NCBI GenBank assembly: GCA_029246505.1
Contig: JAQWNC010000015.1
Location: 147,662-211,661 of the forward strand
Direction of reading: 5' to 3'
Source of the DNA: Arenicellaceae bacterium
GTDB taxonomy: Bacteria > Pseudomonadota > Gammaproteobacteria > Arenicellales > Arenicellaceae
DNA: 64,000 nt
The notes below the pieces were generated by a model, which made no database searches, was not told the DNA's origin, and saw only the letters and a program-made list of their open reading frames with translations. This document shows positions 1 through 10,924 of this stretch, piece by piece (position 1 is the first letter of the stretch; every line of letters starts with the position of its first letter). Both the position numbers and the translations under genes were made by a program.

Positions 1-597
1 CTTTTCTCCGAGCCAGGCAACGCCAATTATCGCTGGCAACGAAATAACAATCATTGCTGCATCCCCAATCGTAGAACTTTCAGCTGATTGGGCCCCTAAC
101 CACAGCATCACTGCAATTGCTATCAAGTCCTGTAACAGCAACACACTTATAATGACCTCTCCAGTATGCCTGTGATGAAGCACAGTTGTAGGTAGCAATT
201 TTAGGCCAATAATAGTGCTGGAAAACATCGCAGAAAATCCAATAATTAATGTGTCTAACCAACTGAACCCAAACGCTAGCGCAACAACCACACCAAACAA
301 GGAAAAGCTTATCGATGTGATAATCGTTACTATGGTTGTTTTCTTTAACAGAAAAAGCAATTTTTGCGGCGCTAAATTTAGCCCTAACATGAATAACAAA
401 AACATAATGCCAATCTCGGCAATATCAGCTAATAAAGCAGTGTCATCTACCCACGCCAAACCCCACGGCCCTAGCAACACTCCCAAAATTATATAACCGA
501 CAATAAGAGCCTGTCGGGCCCATAAAGCCAGCGTGGCTGTAATGGCACATCCAACAAATATAAGGAATAAAGAATAAATGATGCTATGGGTCTGCAT
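1..597 (-). CDS. Cation:proton antiporter (CPA2, KefB/KefC-like), N-terminal part; gene runs off the left edge of the window
   Basis: Absent from the ORF track because no stop lies in the window. ATG at 597 (complement) opens a frame that stays open to base 1 (199 codons): MQTHSIIYSLFLIFVGCAITATLALWARQALIVGYIILGVLLGPWGLAWVDD... It is a repeated TM-helix pattern with the GYIxxGxLLGPxGL motif typical of Na+/H+ and K+/H+ exchanger family proteins. Confidence 0.7.
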   Translation of the reverse strand, partial: MQTHSIIYSLFLIFVGCAITATLALWARQALIVGYIILGVLLGPWGLAWVDDTALLADIAEIGIMFLLFMLGLNLAPQKLLFLLKKTTIVTIITSISFSLFGVVVALAFGFSWLDTLIIGFSAMFSSTIIGLKLLPTTVLHHRHTGEVIISVLLLQDLIAIAVMLWLGAQSAESSTIGDAAMIVISLPAIIGVAWLGEK

Positions 598-686
598 ATT
601 CCTACCGTAACATTGCGCCACTCCCCGAACCAATCGTTAAAAGAGCATACCTAACGCTAGATAAACCACCAATGAATGTAGCGCTG

Positions 687-1274
687 CTAATTAAAAATAG
701 TTGGTTCCTTTCCCGGTGCCCATTTAATGCTGCAGCCTAAACTGGCAATCTGGTGTTTATCAACCTCTCTTCCTTCAATAACCGCATTGCAGGCTTTTCG
801 TAAATCTTCTCCATTTGAAGAGACCCTGTTTCCAGGCCGTACTCCATCAAACTGACCACGATAGACTAATTTTATATCCTTATCAAAAAGATAAAAATCG
901 GGTGTACAAGCCGCACAACAAGCCCGAGCGACCGTTTGGTTCTTATCATATAAATACGGCATCGCAAACTCGTTTGCCGTCGCAAATCGGGACATATTAT
1001 CAGTGCTATCGGCTGGGTAGGTTTCAGCATCATTAGAATTTATAACCGCAAGCCCAATTCCACTGCTGCAATAGTCTCGAGAAAACTTTCCCAACGCTTC
1101 TGCAATCTTAATAACATAAGGGCAATGATTACAGATAAACGCAAGCATCAACCCTTTGTCGCCCGCTAACTGGTCCGTTGAAATCGTGCGTGCGCCGTAA
1201 TCATGGGTATTATATAACTCAAAATATGGTGCTTTGGTCCCCAGCGCTAACATGGTAGATGATCTTTCAGCCAT
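687..1274 (-). CDS. Thioredoxin-fold thiol-disulfide oxidoreductase (AhpC/TSA-redoxin family, CxxC type)
   Basis: 195-aa ORF with redox motif FICNHCPYV (C-x-x-C) about 50 aa from the N-terminus. No signal peptide. Confidence 0.6.
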   Translation of the reverse strand: MAERSSTMLALGTKAPYFELYNTHDYGARTISTDQLAGDKGLMLAFICNHCPYVIKIAEALGKFSRDYCSSGIGLAVINSNDAETYPADSTDNMSRFATANEFAMPYLYDKNQTVARACCAACTPDFYLFDKDIKLVYRGQFDGVRPGNRVSSNGEDLRKACNAVIEGREVDKHQIASLGCSIKWAPGKEPTIFN

Positions 1275-1286
1275 TTTATGACTAAC

Positions 1287-1859
1287 CTAGACCTTACCCG
1301 CGGCTTTCCAAAAAGCCTCCATAACACGATAGCTTAATCCCCAAAAAATGTGTTGGTCACTATCACTTAAGCGGACTGCCGGCATTAACGAGTCAGATAT
1401 TCTTGGGTGTTGAAAGTCTGCGGAATATGCTGGATCAGTAAATCGACTCAAAGGCACCCATAACGCTTCCGCGACTTCTTCGTTCAATATTAATAACACG
1501 CGCGGTGGCACGTGATAAACAAATGCTGACAACACCACGCCTGGAATGTCAGGCACATTCGCAACCGTGTCATCTAGGCGGCCCACATAGGCGCTTTCAG
1601 ACAATACAAACCCCACTTCTTCAAGTACTTCTCGTTCGGCCGCCGCTCGGGCATCTTTATCGCTACGATCAATTTTCCCTCCTGGAAAAGCCATTTGACC
1701 CGACCAAGCATCTCCGTCTCGCGTTGCGCGCTTGATTACCAGTAGTTCCAGTTCCGTATCTATACCGCGAAAAATTAACGCTACTGATGCACGGCGCGCG
1801 CCGTCTAGTGACCCAATCGTGGCCTGGTACTCCGGAATTGGCTGTAGTACTCGCTCCAA
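1287..1859 (-). CDS. NUDIX hydrolase, CoA pyrophosphatase-like
   Basis: 190-aa ORF. Nudix box FPGGKIDRSDKDARAAAEREVLEEVG (GX5EX7REUXEEXGU), preceded by LLVIKRATRDGDAWSGQMAFPGG as in NudL-type CoA pyrophosphatases. Confidence 0.75.
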   Translation of the reverse strand: MERVLQPIPEYQATIGSLDGARRASVALIFRGIDTELELLVIKRATRDGDAWSGQMAFPGGKIDRSDKDARAAAEREVLEEVGFVLSESAYVGRLDDTVANVPDIPGVVLSAFVYHVPPRVLLILNEEVAEALWVPLSRFTDPAYSADFQHPRISDSLMPAVRLSDSDQHIFWGLSYRVMEAFWKAAGKV

Positions 1860-1885
1860 AGTCTGATCCTAATAATTGGAAATAC

Positions 1886-4651
1886 TTAGGCCTGTCGAAT
1901 TCGCGCGAACATCCACAGCGCTATAAGATAAATCGCAAAGCCTATTACCAAAACGAACTTGAAGCCCATCAGAAACGACAATGTCACCGACAAAAACCCG
2001 CCAAATACGGTGAAAAACCCATTCATCCCCCATGCCCACGGTATACCCCTGGGCTCAATTCGCCCCAATCTACTAACCGCCATTGGTAATGGCATACCCA
2101 TCACAAAACCTAAGGGTAAAAGTAGTAGGGTCGCCACTAAAATTCGTATGCTTATTGAAGAGCCTAAAAACAGATTAAACAAACTACTACTAAAAATCGT
2201 TACCAATGCGCCATAGGCAACGATGCTTAAAAACACCCAGTACCAGCGACCATCCTCGTCTACACGTAGTTTCTTCGTCAATAGACTGCCTGTACCTGCA
2301 GATACTAATAGCGCAAAAATTACCGTTGCATAGGTATGTATTGGATAACCAATCAATTTTTTAAATAATTGAACAAACACCAGCTCTACCATAATAAAGC
2401 CAGCGCCTAGGCAAGAGAAAAACACTAGATAGCTAGCCATTGATGGCCAACGGGCACGGCCATGGTGAGAAAAGAACAATGGTAAAAATATAAAAACTGC
2501 AGAGAAAATTACTGAAACGGTACCCACAATATAAAGACTAAGCCATTCCGCAGACAGCACGTTGCGCAGCTGGTCATTCAAAAACCCTGCTGTACCCCCG
2601 TCCATCATTACACTGTTAGCAACCGAGACAGGTTCAAACTTATTCCGAATCATTGCAAAATAAGGGTTGTTGTCGGTTACCGGTTCCAACTTATATTCTA
2701 GACCTGGAATAGCTTGCGACGGAAAAGGCGTATCGAGTAACTCATTAGGTATTAAGTTACCGGCAGCGTTAAACGGATCGAAAGCCAAAACAAATGGTGC
2801 CGGTGTGCCGCGCATATCGATATACGGTGCACCAGCGCGGTCTAGCCAAAGTACAAACCGATTCTCTTCACCTAGGTTGGTAGAGGAGACTTCTATTTCC
2901 AGCCGCTCCCCACGCGTTGTTTCAATCTGATTGGTCAGAAGCAGTGTATTAGGGCCATTGTCGGTAACATTCTTCCCGTCAAGAGTGAAAGACTCCAGCA
3001 AATTACCACCACGGCTAAGTTTGACCAAAACATCATCCTGTAGGCTAACCTGGCCGTATGTCCCCAACCAAAACGTAAAACTATCCAGACGATCCTGGTT
3101 TACCACAAATTCGCCGTGATATGGCGTGCGCGATGCAATCGGGTCAGAAGGAATGTTTTCACCTGGTATACCGCCAGACACAAACGTGGTATCTCGAATC
3201 ATGTACTGTCGGGCCGCTTCAACTTCTCCCGGAAGCCAAGGTTGCATTTTAATTAGTGTAGTCGGTAAGGTGTCAGTTCGCCAACGTTCCAACACAACCA
3301 CATGACGAGAAAATTCTTCACGGCCCATTTGACGCCATGCCTCAGCTGCCGTAGTAAGCATCCGCGGATAAACGTGATGATTAATTTGCATAATTCCATC
3401 GTCAGCTAAATGCGTAAAGTACTCCTTATAAGCTTCGACGGTTTGTAAATATGCCGCGGTTACTGCCCCAGAGCCATCGGCCATACTTGAGCTGGTGTGG
3501 TTACTAAACATTTGTATGACGTCATACTTTTTGTCGCTACCACGCAAAAAAGTTCTTCCTTCGCCAACTCGATAGTTAACCGACGGGTGACTAAAAATTC
3601 CACCGCCGTATTCGGAATATAGGGTGCTCGCAGCATCGACCATCTCGCCAACCAGCTCAATAGCATCTACATGCTTTGCCTTAAATACTACTGCAGCCTT
3701 GGTTTCTCCCCCCGCTGCTGCCCCTATAATCAGCACGTCCGGCTCCGTGCCACGACGTAAATAGTGCACCAAAGAGTTCATACCAAAATAGAAGATGTCC
3801 GGGTTGTTCGCCATTTCCTGATCAAACGCGGAGTAGTCGCCATCAAATTCAATTAACCAGGAACCCTGCTGTCCACCATCCAAAGCAAAATTAAGTGCCG
3901 TGGGATTAGCTCTAAACACTTCAACTTTGGATACTGGATCCCATCGAACAAAATCCCTTAGCCCCTGCTCGGTCCAGTCATCTACATTTCTTTTATTGGC
4001 ATGACCCCGATACTCGATATATTCTTCTCGCGCAGAGGGATAAACGATTAACCCAAACGCAACAACCAACATAAGGGCCATTGCTAATACTCGCCGACTA
4101 AAGATAGCTGCAGCAATCAGTGTTATACCAGCCACCACAAACTGAATTCCGCCAGGTCCGTACGGGGTCAGCAACGGCACCACAATCAGGCACCCCAAGC
4201 CCGCACCAATCAAATCAAAAAAGTAAAGCGAGTGAACCTGTTCACTGTAGTGGGTCAGAATCAACGAAAGTAGAATCCCTGCGATAAAAAATGGTAATAC
4301 CAGAACAAGATACATCCCCACCCAAGCTAGAACCTGCCGTAGTAATGTGCCCCCACCATTTAAATCAAAAGGTAACCAATCAATTGTCGGCTTCAAAACT
4401 AAAGTAGTGATGCAAAATGCCATAAGTAATTTCGGCATAAGTGCCAAAACTTTTTCTTCGCTATCAACCGGGAATAGATACAAGTAAATGCCACCCAAAC
4501 CGAGAGCAAACACAGCTGCGGTTATTACTGCATAACCCATATTAGGGGTAAGAATTACGTCAAATACTCGCACTAGGCTCAGCTCTAAAACCAACGTAGC
4601 TAGAGCTATAAGGAAAATACCGATTCTAAGTCGGGTAATGGAAACAAGCAT
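1886..4651 (-). CDS. Large polytopic membrane protein with a central spermidine-synthase-like (Rossmann methyltransferase-fold) domain; function unknown
   Basis: 921-aa ORF. About 7 N-terminal and about 7 C-terminal hydrophobic helices flank a soluble core containing VLIIGAAAGGETKAAVVFKAKHVDAIELVGEMVDAA...YDVIQMFSNHTSS. This resembles the aminopropyltransferase fold with altered motifs. Confidence 0.55.
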   Translation of the reverse strand: MLVSITRLRIGIFLIALATLVLELSLVRVFDVILTPNMGYAVITAAVFALGLGGIYLYLFPVDSEEKVLALMPKLLMAFCITTLVLKPTIDWLPFDLNGGGTLLRQVLAWVGMYLVLVLPFFIAGILLSLILTHYSEQVHSLYFFDLIGAGLGCLIVVPLLTPYGPGGIQFVVAGITLIAAAIFSRRVLAMALMLVVAFGLIVYPSAREEYIEYRGHANKRNVDDWTEQGLRDFVRWDPVSKVEVFRANPTALNFALDGGQQGSWLIEFDGDYSAFDQEMANNPDIFYFGMNSLVHYLRRGTEPDVLIIGAAAGGETKAAVVFKAKHVDAIELVGEMVDAASTLYSEYGGGIFSHPSVNYRVGEGRTFLRGSDKKYDVIQMFSNHTSSSMADGSGAVTAAYLQTVEAYKEYFTHLADDGIMQINHHVYPRMLTTAAEAWRQMGREEFSRHVVVLERWRTDTLPTTLIKMQPWLPGEVEAARQYMIRDTTFVSGGIPGENIPSDPIASRTPYHGEFVVNQDRLDSFTFWLGTYGQVSLQDDVLVKLSRGGNLLESFTLDGKNVTDNGPNTLLLTNQIETTRGERLEIEVSSTNLGEENRFVLWLDRAGAPYIDMRGTPAPFVLAFDPFNAAGNLIPNELLDTPFPSQAIPGLEYKLEPVTDNNPYFAMIRNKFEPVSVANSVMMDGGTAGFLNDQLRNVLSAEWLSLYIVGTVSVIFSAVFIFLPLFFSHHGRARWPSMASYLVFFSCLGAGFIMVELVFVQLFKKLIGYPIHTYATVIFALLVSAGTGSLLTKKLRVDEDGRWYWVFLSIVAYGALVTIFSSSLFNLFLGSSISIRILVATLLLLPLGFVMGMPLPMAVSRLGRIEPRGIPWAWGMNGFFTVFGGFLSVTLSFLMGFKFVLVIGFAIYLIALWMFARIRQA

Positions 4652-4865
4652 AGAGCGATTAACTATAGTTAGAATGCGATTAGAAAATTATCAGTTGGCA
4701 TTTGGGCAAATCTAATCGTAGAAGAGACCTAAAACCACTAAAAGCCATTATATTTAACTGGCTTTAGTTCTGAACGGATTATAAACGGATTGACCCTAAG
4801 AGCCTACCGCTATTCGGTTCTCAACTTGCTACAATAATCATCAATAAACCTTCTGGCTATTAACA

Positions 4866-5258
4866 TTGCAATCATCACATTATTCTATTCGCTTGGATAC
4901 ATGGCTCTGGGCAGCTCGTTTCTACAAAACACGTCGATTAGCCGTAGACGCGATTAAAAATGGAAAAATTCGCGTCAATATTGAGCGATCAAAACCCGCC
5001 CGAATGGTGAAACAAGGGGATTTTATTTCAATTATCCGAGCGCCTCATCAGATTGATTTACAGGTAATGGCTCTGGCAGAAAAGCGTGGCCCTGCGGGCA
5101 CCGCACAAACACTTTACCAAGAGACTATAAAGAGTATAGCCCGAGGACAAAAGCTAACTCTTCAGCTTAAAGCCGCTGCACAACAGGTTAGATTTGATCA
5201 GAAAAAACCAGATCAACGCAACCGAGAGCTTTCTCGTAAAGCAAAGCGCGGTGATTAA
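4866..5258 (+). CDS. hslR: Ribosome-associated heat shock protein Hsp15 (S4 RNA-binding domain)
   Basis: 130-aa ORF with a TTG start. RLDTWLWAARFYKTRRLAVDAIKNGKIRVN closely matches the E. coli HslR N-terminus (RLDKWLWAARFYKTRALA). Confidence 0.85.
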   Translation: MQSSHYSIRLDTWLWAARFYKTRRLAVDAIKNGKIRVNIERSKPARMVKQGDFISIIRAPHQIDLQVMALAEKRGPAGTAQTLYQETIKSIARGQKLTLQLKAAAQQVRFDQKKPDQRNRELSRKAKRGD

Positions 5259-5304
5259 AAACAACCAACTTAAGCAAACTTGGGCTAAGTGGGTTAGATA
5301 GCTA

Positions 5305-5913
5305 CTAAAACGTAACAACGACCTTTTCTATCTCAGCCCGTAAGGCATCATAACCAAGTGCCACCGGAAATTGCGGAAATTCACGGATGACATTGTCTGG
5401 CGGGCAAAATAAAATGCCTCCCTCTGCTTCACTTAACATGCTCGTATCATTATAGGAATCACCAGCAGCAGCAACCTTCAGGTTTAGTCCGTGCAATGCC
5501 TGCACCGCTTTACGTTTCTGGTCTTGCTGACGAAGCTTATAGTTCTCGATCACGCCACCATCACCTATCACCAACTCATGACATAAAATAGTTGGCCAAT
5601 CGAGCTGCTTCATTAAAGGTGTGGCAAACTGATCAAATGTGTCTGACAAAATTATTAGTTGATGGTCGGCGCGTAAATCATCCAAAAATCTCTTAGCTCC
5701 CGGCAGCGGCTCGAGACCGGAAATTACGTCCTGTATATCCTGTATTTTAAGGCCATGTTTTTCTACAAGAGCCAAACGATAAACCATAAGCTCATCGTAG
5801 TCAGGAATATCTCGTGTGGTCTTTTTTAATTCTTCAACGCCAATACGCTCAGCAACATTAACCCATATTTCAGGAACCAATACGCCTTCCAAATCAAGAC
5901 AAACAACATGCAT
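5305..5913 (-). CDS. thrH: Bifunctional phosphoserine phosphatase / homoserine phosphotransferase ThrH (HAD family)
   Basis: 202 aa. MHVVCLDLEGVLVPEIWVNVAE...TTRDIPDYDELM...AAGDSYNDTSMLSEAEGGILFCPPDNVIREFPQFP is near-collinear with Pseudomonas ThrH as I recall it. Confidence 0.85.
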   Translation of the reverse strand: MHVVCLDLEGVLVPEIWVNVAERIGVEELKKTTRDIPDYDELMVYRLALVEKHGLKIQDIQDVISGLEPLPGAKRFLDDLRADHQLIILSDTFDQFATPLMKQLDWPTILCHELVIGDGGVIENYKLRQQDQKRKAVQALHGLNLKVAAAGDSYNDTSMLSEAEGGILFCPPDNVIREFPQFPVALGYDALRAEIEKVVVTF

Positions 5914-6149
5914 TTATACCTACCCCTGCTTGTTCCAAAGTAATTTCAATAATAACCAAAATAAAGTTTGATAGTTTTAAATCGGCGGTAAACGTACTGG
6001 GTCGCACCGAAAGGTGCAATAGCTAAACACAAAGTATTTAGCGAAATAAATCGGAGTAGGGCAAATAAAAATACAATAAACAGGTCTGGCGTGTTCGGAT
6101 TAATCAACGCACAATCAAACTGAACTATTTCTTTGTAAACAAGGATATT

Positions 6150-7301
6150 TTGAATCCCGTCGCACCACTCTCACTTTATATACACCTACCGTGGTGTACC
6201 CGTAAATGTCCATATTGTGATTTTAACTCTCACGAATTACGCGGTGCAGTAGATGAAAATGCTTATGTACAGGCCTTGCTTGACGATTTGAAGCAGGACG
6301 TCAAACTCATTGATGGACGAGAGCTCCAAACTATATTTATTGGGGGCGGGACGCCTTCGCTATTTTCTGGCCAAGCAATTACCGATTTGCTCGACGGCAT
6401 AGCTTTAAACATAAACTGCGCGCCCGATATTGAAGTTACCATGGAGGCCAACCCTGGTAGTAGCGAACTAAATAAATTTTCTGCTTTTCGGGCAGCTGGG
6501 GTTAATCGGCTTTCAATTGGCATACAAAGCTTTAACGCAAAGCACCTTAGCGCGCTTGGCCGAGCACACAACAGTAGTGAAGCCCTGAATGCAGCAAAAG
6601 CAGCAAAACACGCAGGTTTTGAGCGCATCAATCTGGATATTATGTATGCCTTGCCTGGCCAAACTGCAGAGAGCGCTAACGAAGACATAGCCCAAGCAAT
6701 AAAGCTAAGTCCTGAACACCTCTCATGCTATCAACTGACGATCGAGCCAAATACTCTGTTTCACAAACAACCTCCGAACCTTCCAAACGATCAGCTAGGC
6801 TGGGAGATTCAAGAGATTGTTCATAATTCGCTAAACCGGGCAAACTATAAGCAATACGAAGTATCCGCTTGGTCTAAACTAGGTGAAGAATGTCGCCATA
6901 ACCTAAACTACTGGCAGTTCGGTGATTATCTTGGAATTGGTGCGGGCGCACACGGTAAGGTTAGTCGACCCGATGGATCAATCATCCGTTATTGGAAACA
7001 CAAACAGCCAAAGCGATACTTACATTCCGCCCACACTAACAGCCGCTTCGGTGACCGTAAGATTATTTCTGAAAAAGAATTAGGTTTTGAGTTTTTACTA
7101 AACGCCTTGCGCCTAAAAGTGGGTTTTACGCCAAAGCTATTTGAGCAAAGAACCGGCTTATCAATTGATGTGCTACAGCCGATTTTAAGTGAGCAAATTG
7201 ATAAGCATTGGTTAACTCAGACCAATTCAAATATTAAGTGCTCCGAAACCGGCTATCGATTTTTAGATCAACTGCTAACCGATTATTTACCGCCGGATTA
7301 A
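6150..7301 (+). CDS. hemW: Radical SAM heme chaperone HemW (HemN-like, coproporphyrinogen III oxidase family)
   Basis: 383 aa with a TTG start. Radical-SAM motif LYIHLPWCTRKCPYCDFNS (CxxxCxxC), plus GGGTPS and the HemN C-terminal domain. Confidence 0.85.
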   Translation: MNPVAPLSLYIHLPWCTRKCPYCDFNSHELRGAVDENAYVQALLDDLKQDVKLIDGRELQTIFIGGGTPSLFSGQAITDLLDGIALNINCAPDIEVTMEANPGSSELNKFSAFRAAGVNRLSIGIQSFNAKHLSALGRAHNSSEALNAAKAAKHAGFERINLDIMYALPGQTAESANEDIAQAIKLSPEHLSCYQLTIEPNTLFHKQPPNLPNDQLGWEIQEIVHNSLNRANYKQYEVSAWSKLGEECRHNLNYWQFGDYLGIGAGAHGKVSRPDGSIIRYWKHKQPKRYLHSAHTNSRFGDRKIISEKELGFEFLLNALRLKVGFTPKLFEQRTGLSIDVLQPILSEQIDKHWLTQTNSNIKCSETGYRFLDQLLTDYLPPD

Positions 7302-7306
7302 GCTAA

Positions 7307-7534
7307 TTAATAATGCGGTGGCTTCTCATCCAGAACGGCCTCTCCCTCAAACTGCTGCGCGCTTATCTGGCGATATTTTTCCTTTAGTAGCTCATTGGTA
7401 TTTTGCATTTCAATCAGCTCTCGCTGCTGATTGGTTACCGCATCATTTAGCTGCTGTAGCGTATCCTCAAGAAACGCAAGCTTCTCCTGAAGCTGCGCTA
7501 GCGCTTCAGGGTCGTGATCAGACTTAGACACCAA
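7307..7534 (-). CDS. slyX: SlyX family protein
   Basis: 75-aa coiled-coil protein, LQEKLAFLEDTLQQLNDAV..., ending in PPHY like E. coli SlyX. Confidence 0.75.
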   Translation of the reverse strand: MVSKSDHDPEALAQLQEKLAFLEDTLQQLNDAVTNQQRELIEMQNTNELLKEKYRQISAQQFEGEAVLDEKPPHY

Positions 7535-8789
7535 AAGACTCCACGATTTTTTTGGGAACCATAATGCCCTTTATTTTTGCATATACAGGCATACCGTTCT
7601 TAAAGGGTGGATAGTCTTCCCCACAAATCAGTGGTAACAAATACTCCCGACATTTTTTGGTAATTCCAAACCCATTTTTACTAATGAAGCTTTTTGGCAT
7701 CATTTTCTCTTTATTGGCTACTTTTGAAAGTTCAACCTCACCAGTGGTCCATGAGTACTTGCTGGTTGCCTTTCGATCAATCGTGACCATAACTGAGTTT
7801 TTGCCTTGAAGCGCATACTCTACTGCCGCTTTGCCGACAGCATATGCCTGATCTACATCAGTTTTAGAAGCAATATGCCTGGCCGCACGTTGCATGTAAT
7901 CTGCAACACCCCAATGATATTTATAACCAGTAGCTTCACGAATCATGTTTGCGACCACCGGAGCCACACCTCCTAGTTGCGCATGACCAAAAGCATCCGT
8001 GGTGCCTACATCTGCTAGAAAATGCCCTCGATAATCCCTTACTCCTTCAGATACCACGACCGTTACATACCCGTACTGCTTTACCTTCTTTTTCACCTCA
8101 GCAATAAACTCCTTTTTCTTGAACGCGACCTCGGGGAATAAAATCACTACCGGTATATCATTTGCTTCGTCTGCGACCAAACCTCCAGCAGCTGCGATCC
8201 AGCCAGCATGACGGCCCATCACTTCCAGTACAAACACTTTCGTGGACGTTTCGCACATACTCGCCACGTCATAGCTAGCTTCTCGAGCAGAAACAGCAAT
8301 GTACTTGGCAACCGAACCAAACCCAGGGCAGCAATCAGTATAGGGAAGATCGTTATCTACTGTTTTGGGAACGTGTATAGCCTGAATTGGGTATCCAACT
8401 GTTTTAGAAAGCTGAGAAATTTTTAAACAGGTGTCAGCGGAATCACCTCCGCCATTATAAAAAAAGTAACCAATATTATGAGCCTTAAAAACCTGCATAA
8501 GGCGCTCATATTCTACTCGATTTTCCCGTAAGCTTTTAAGCTTATAACGACACGAACCAAAAGCACCAGACGGCGTATATCTAAGCCCGGCTATTGTTTT
8601 CGCAGTTTCTTTCGAGGTGTCTATCAGCTCTTCACGCAGGGCGCCTATAATTCCATTTTTCCCGGCGTAAACTTTGGCAATTTTATCTTTGTTCGCCCCT
8701 GCTGTTTCAATAACTCCACAGGCACTGGCGTTGATCACTGCAGTAACACCACCAGATTGTGCGTAAAATGCATTACTAGACGTACTCAT
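7524..8789 (-). CDS. 6-phosphofructokinase, long type, probably pyrophosphate-dependent
   Basis: 421 aa. PFK motifs GGVTAVINAS, NGGGDSADT and VPKTVDNDL. The Lys in PKTxDND sits at the position that is Gly in ATP-dependent PfkA and Lys in PPi-PFKs. Confidence 0.8.
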   Translation of the reverse strand: MSTSSNAFYAQSGGVTAVINASACGVIETAGANKDKIAKVYAGKNGIIGALREELIDTSKETAKTIAGLRYTPSGAFGSCRYKLKSLRENRVEYERLMQVFKAHNIGYFFYNGGGDSADTCLKISQLSKTVGYPIQAIHVPKTVDNDLPYTDCCPGFGSVAKYIAVSAREASYDVASMCETSTKVFVLEVMGRHAGWIAAAGGLVADEANDIPVVILFPEVAFKKKEFIAEVKKKVKQYGYVTVVVSEGVRDYRGHFLADVGTTDAFGHAQLGGVAPVVANMIREATGYKYHWGVADYMQRAARHIASKTDVDQAYAVGKAAVEYALQGKNSVMVTIDRKATSKYSWTTGEVELSKVANKEKMMPKSFISKNGFGITKKCREYLLPLICGEDYPPFKNGMPVYAKIKGIMVPKKIVESFGV

Positions 8790-8890
8790 TAATGATTTCC
8801 TGAAATAAGTGAGTTTTGATTATACTTTTATGCAAACTGATGTAGAGGATTCTCCCACATCAATTCAGCGTGTCATAGCTACTAGTATGT

Positions 8891-9595
8891 ATGAATAGGC
8901 AATATAAAAAGTTTTCGGGACGTGTTCGCCGAATATGGCTATGGACACTTATTGGGGTTTTTGTATCAAGCGCCACCCCAATGGTGTTGCTGCGCTACGT
9001 AAATCCACCAACAAGTAGTTTTATTCTGCAAAACGAAACCGCTTCAGGGCGACAAGCTAGCCGTGAATGGCAAGCACTGGAGAATATTTCTGAATCACTT
9101 CAGCTAGCAGTTATGGCGTCGGAAGACCAGAGGTTTCCGTTTCACTATGGATTGGATTTGGTACAAATTCAAAATGCCCTAGTGGCTAATGAAGCTCGGA
9201 GCCGCCCTTTGGGTGCCAGCACAATTACCCAACAAACCATTAAGAATTTATTCTTGTGGGGCAAGCAGAGCTATCTTCGAAAAGGCATAGAAGCATGGTT
9301 ATCAGTTTGGATGGAGTTATTCTTGCCCAAGTATAGAATCCTAGAAATCTATTTGAACATCGCCCAATGGGGGCCGACTCACTATGGCGCACACATCGCG
9401 TCAAATCGATACTTTGATCTGGATGCCTCCCTACTCAACGATCAGCAGGCAGCATTATTAGCTGCAGCTTTGCCTAGCCCTGGCCGCTCAAACCCAGGCC
9501 AACCAACCAACTACCTTCAGGCGCGAGCCAATGCACTTTTAGATGATATAAAAAGATTGCGGCAGCAGGGCTATATTGTTGGGTTGTACCTTTAA
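8891..9595 (+). CDS. mtgA: Monofunctional biosynthetic peptidoglycan transglycosylase
   Basis: 234 aa. N-terminal TM anchor and GT51 motifs EDQRFPFHYGLD, GASTITQQ and RKGIEAW. Confidence 0.9.
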   Translation: MNRQYKKFSGRVRRIWLWTLIGVFVSSATPMVLLRYVNPPTSSFILQNETASGRQASREWQALENISESLQLAVMASEDQRFPFHYGLDLVQIQNALVANEARSRPLGASTITQQTIKNLFLWGKQSYLRKGIEAWLSVWMELFLPKYRILEIYLNIAQWGPTHYGAHIASNRYFDLDASLLNDQQAALLAAALPSPGRSNPGQPTNYLQARANALLDDIKRLRQQGYIVGLYL

Positions 9596-9789
9596 AGAAA
9601 AATATAACTTATAGCCGCGCATATAGTGAAAAATGATGTTAATTTCATCGCTTACTATGAGGTTCGCAACATTACTACTTACATAATGCTTTAGCTGACA
9701 ATCCGGCAACATGCCTTCACTCACTTTTCTCTAGCGCTCGAGAATACAAAAACCACCATAGCCTTGGATTTTATATAACCGCGATTTAA

Positions 9790-10803
<1,014 letters not shown>

Positions 10804-10924
10804 AAATTTCTAGCTAGAGAAACTATTTCAACTAAAATTCAACAAATACGCTTGCGTTAATTCGCTCAGTGCCGAGGTTTTCTTCAGGCACGGCTACAGC
10901 GTCTATCAATTCAGCTCGCATCAT

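Noticed and set aside
215-496. A 93-aa plus-strand ORF at the left edge, and the 80..262 minus-strand ORF.
   Set aside because: A much longer minus-strand frame (597 to 1) encodes a clear CPA2 antiporter N-terminus. The track ORFs are off-frame or shadow artefacts.
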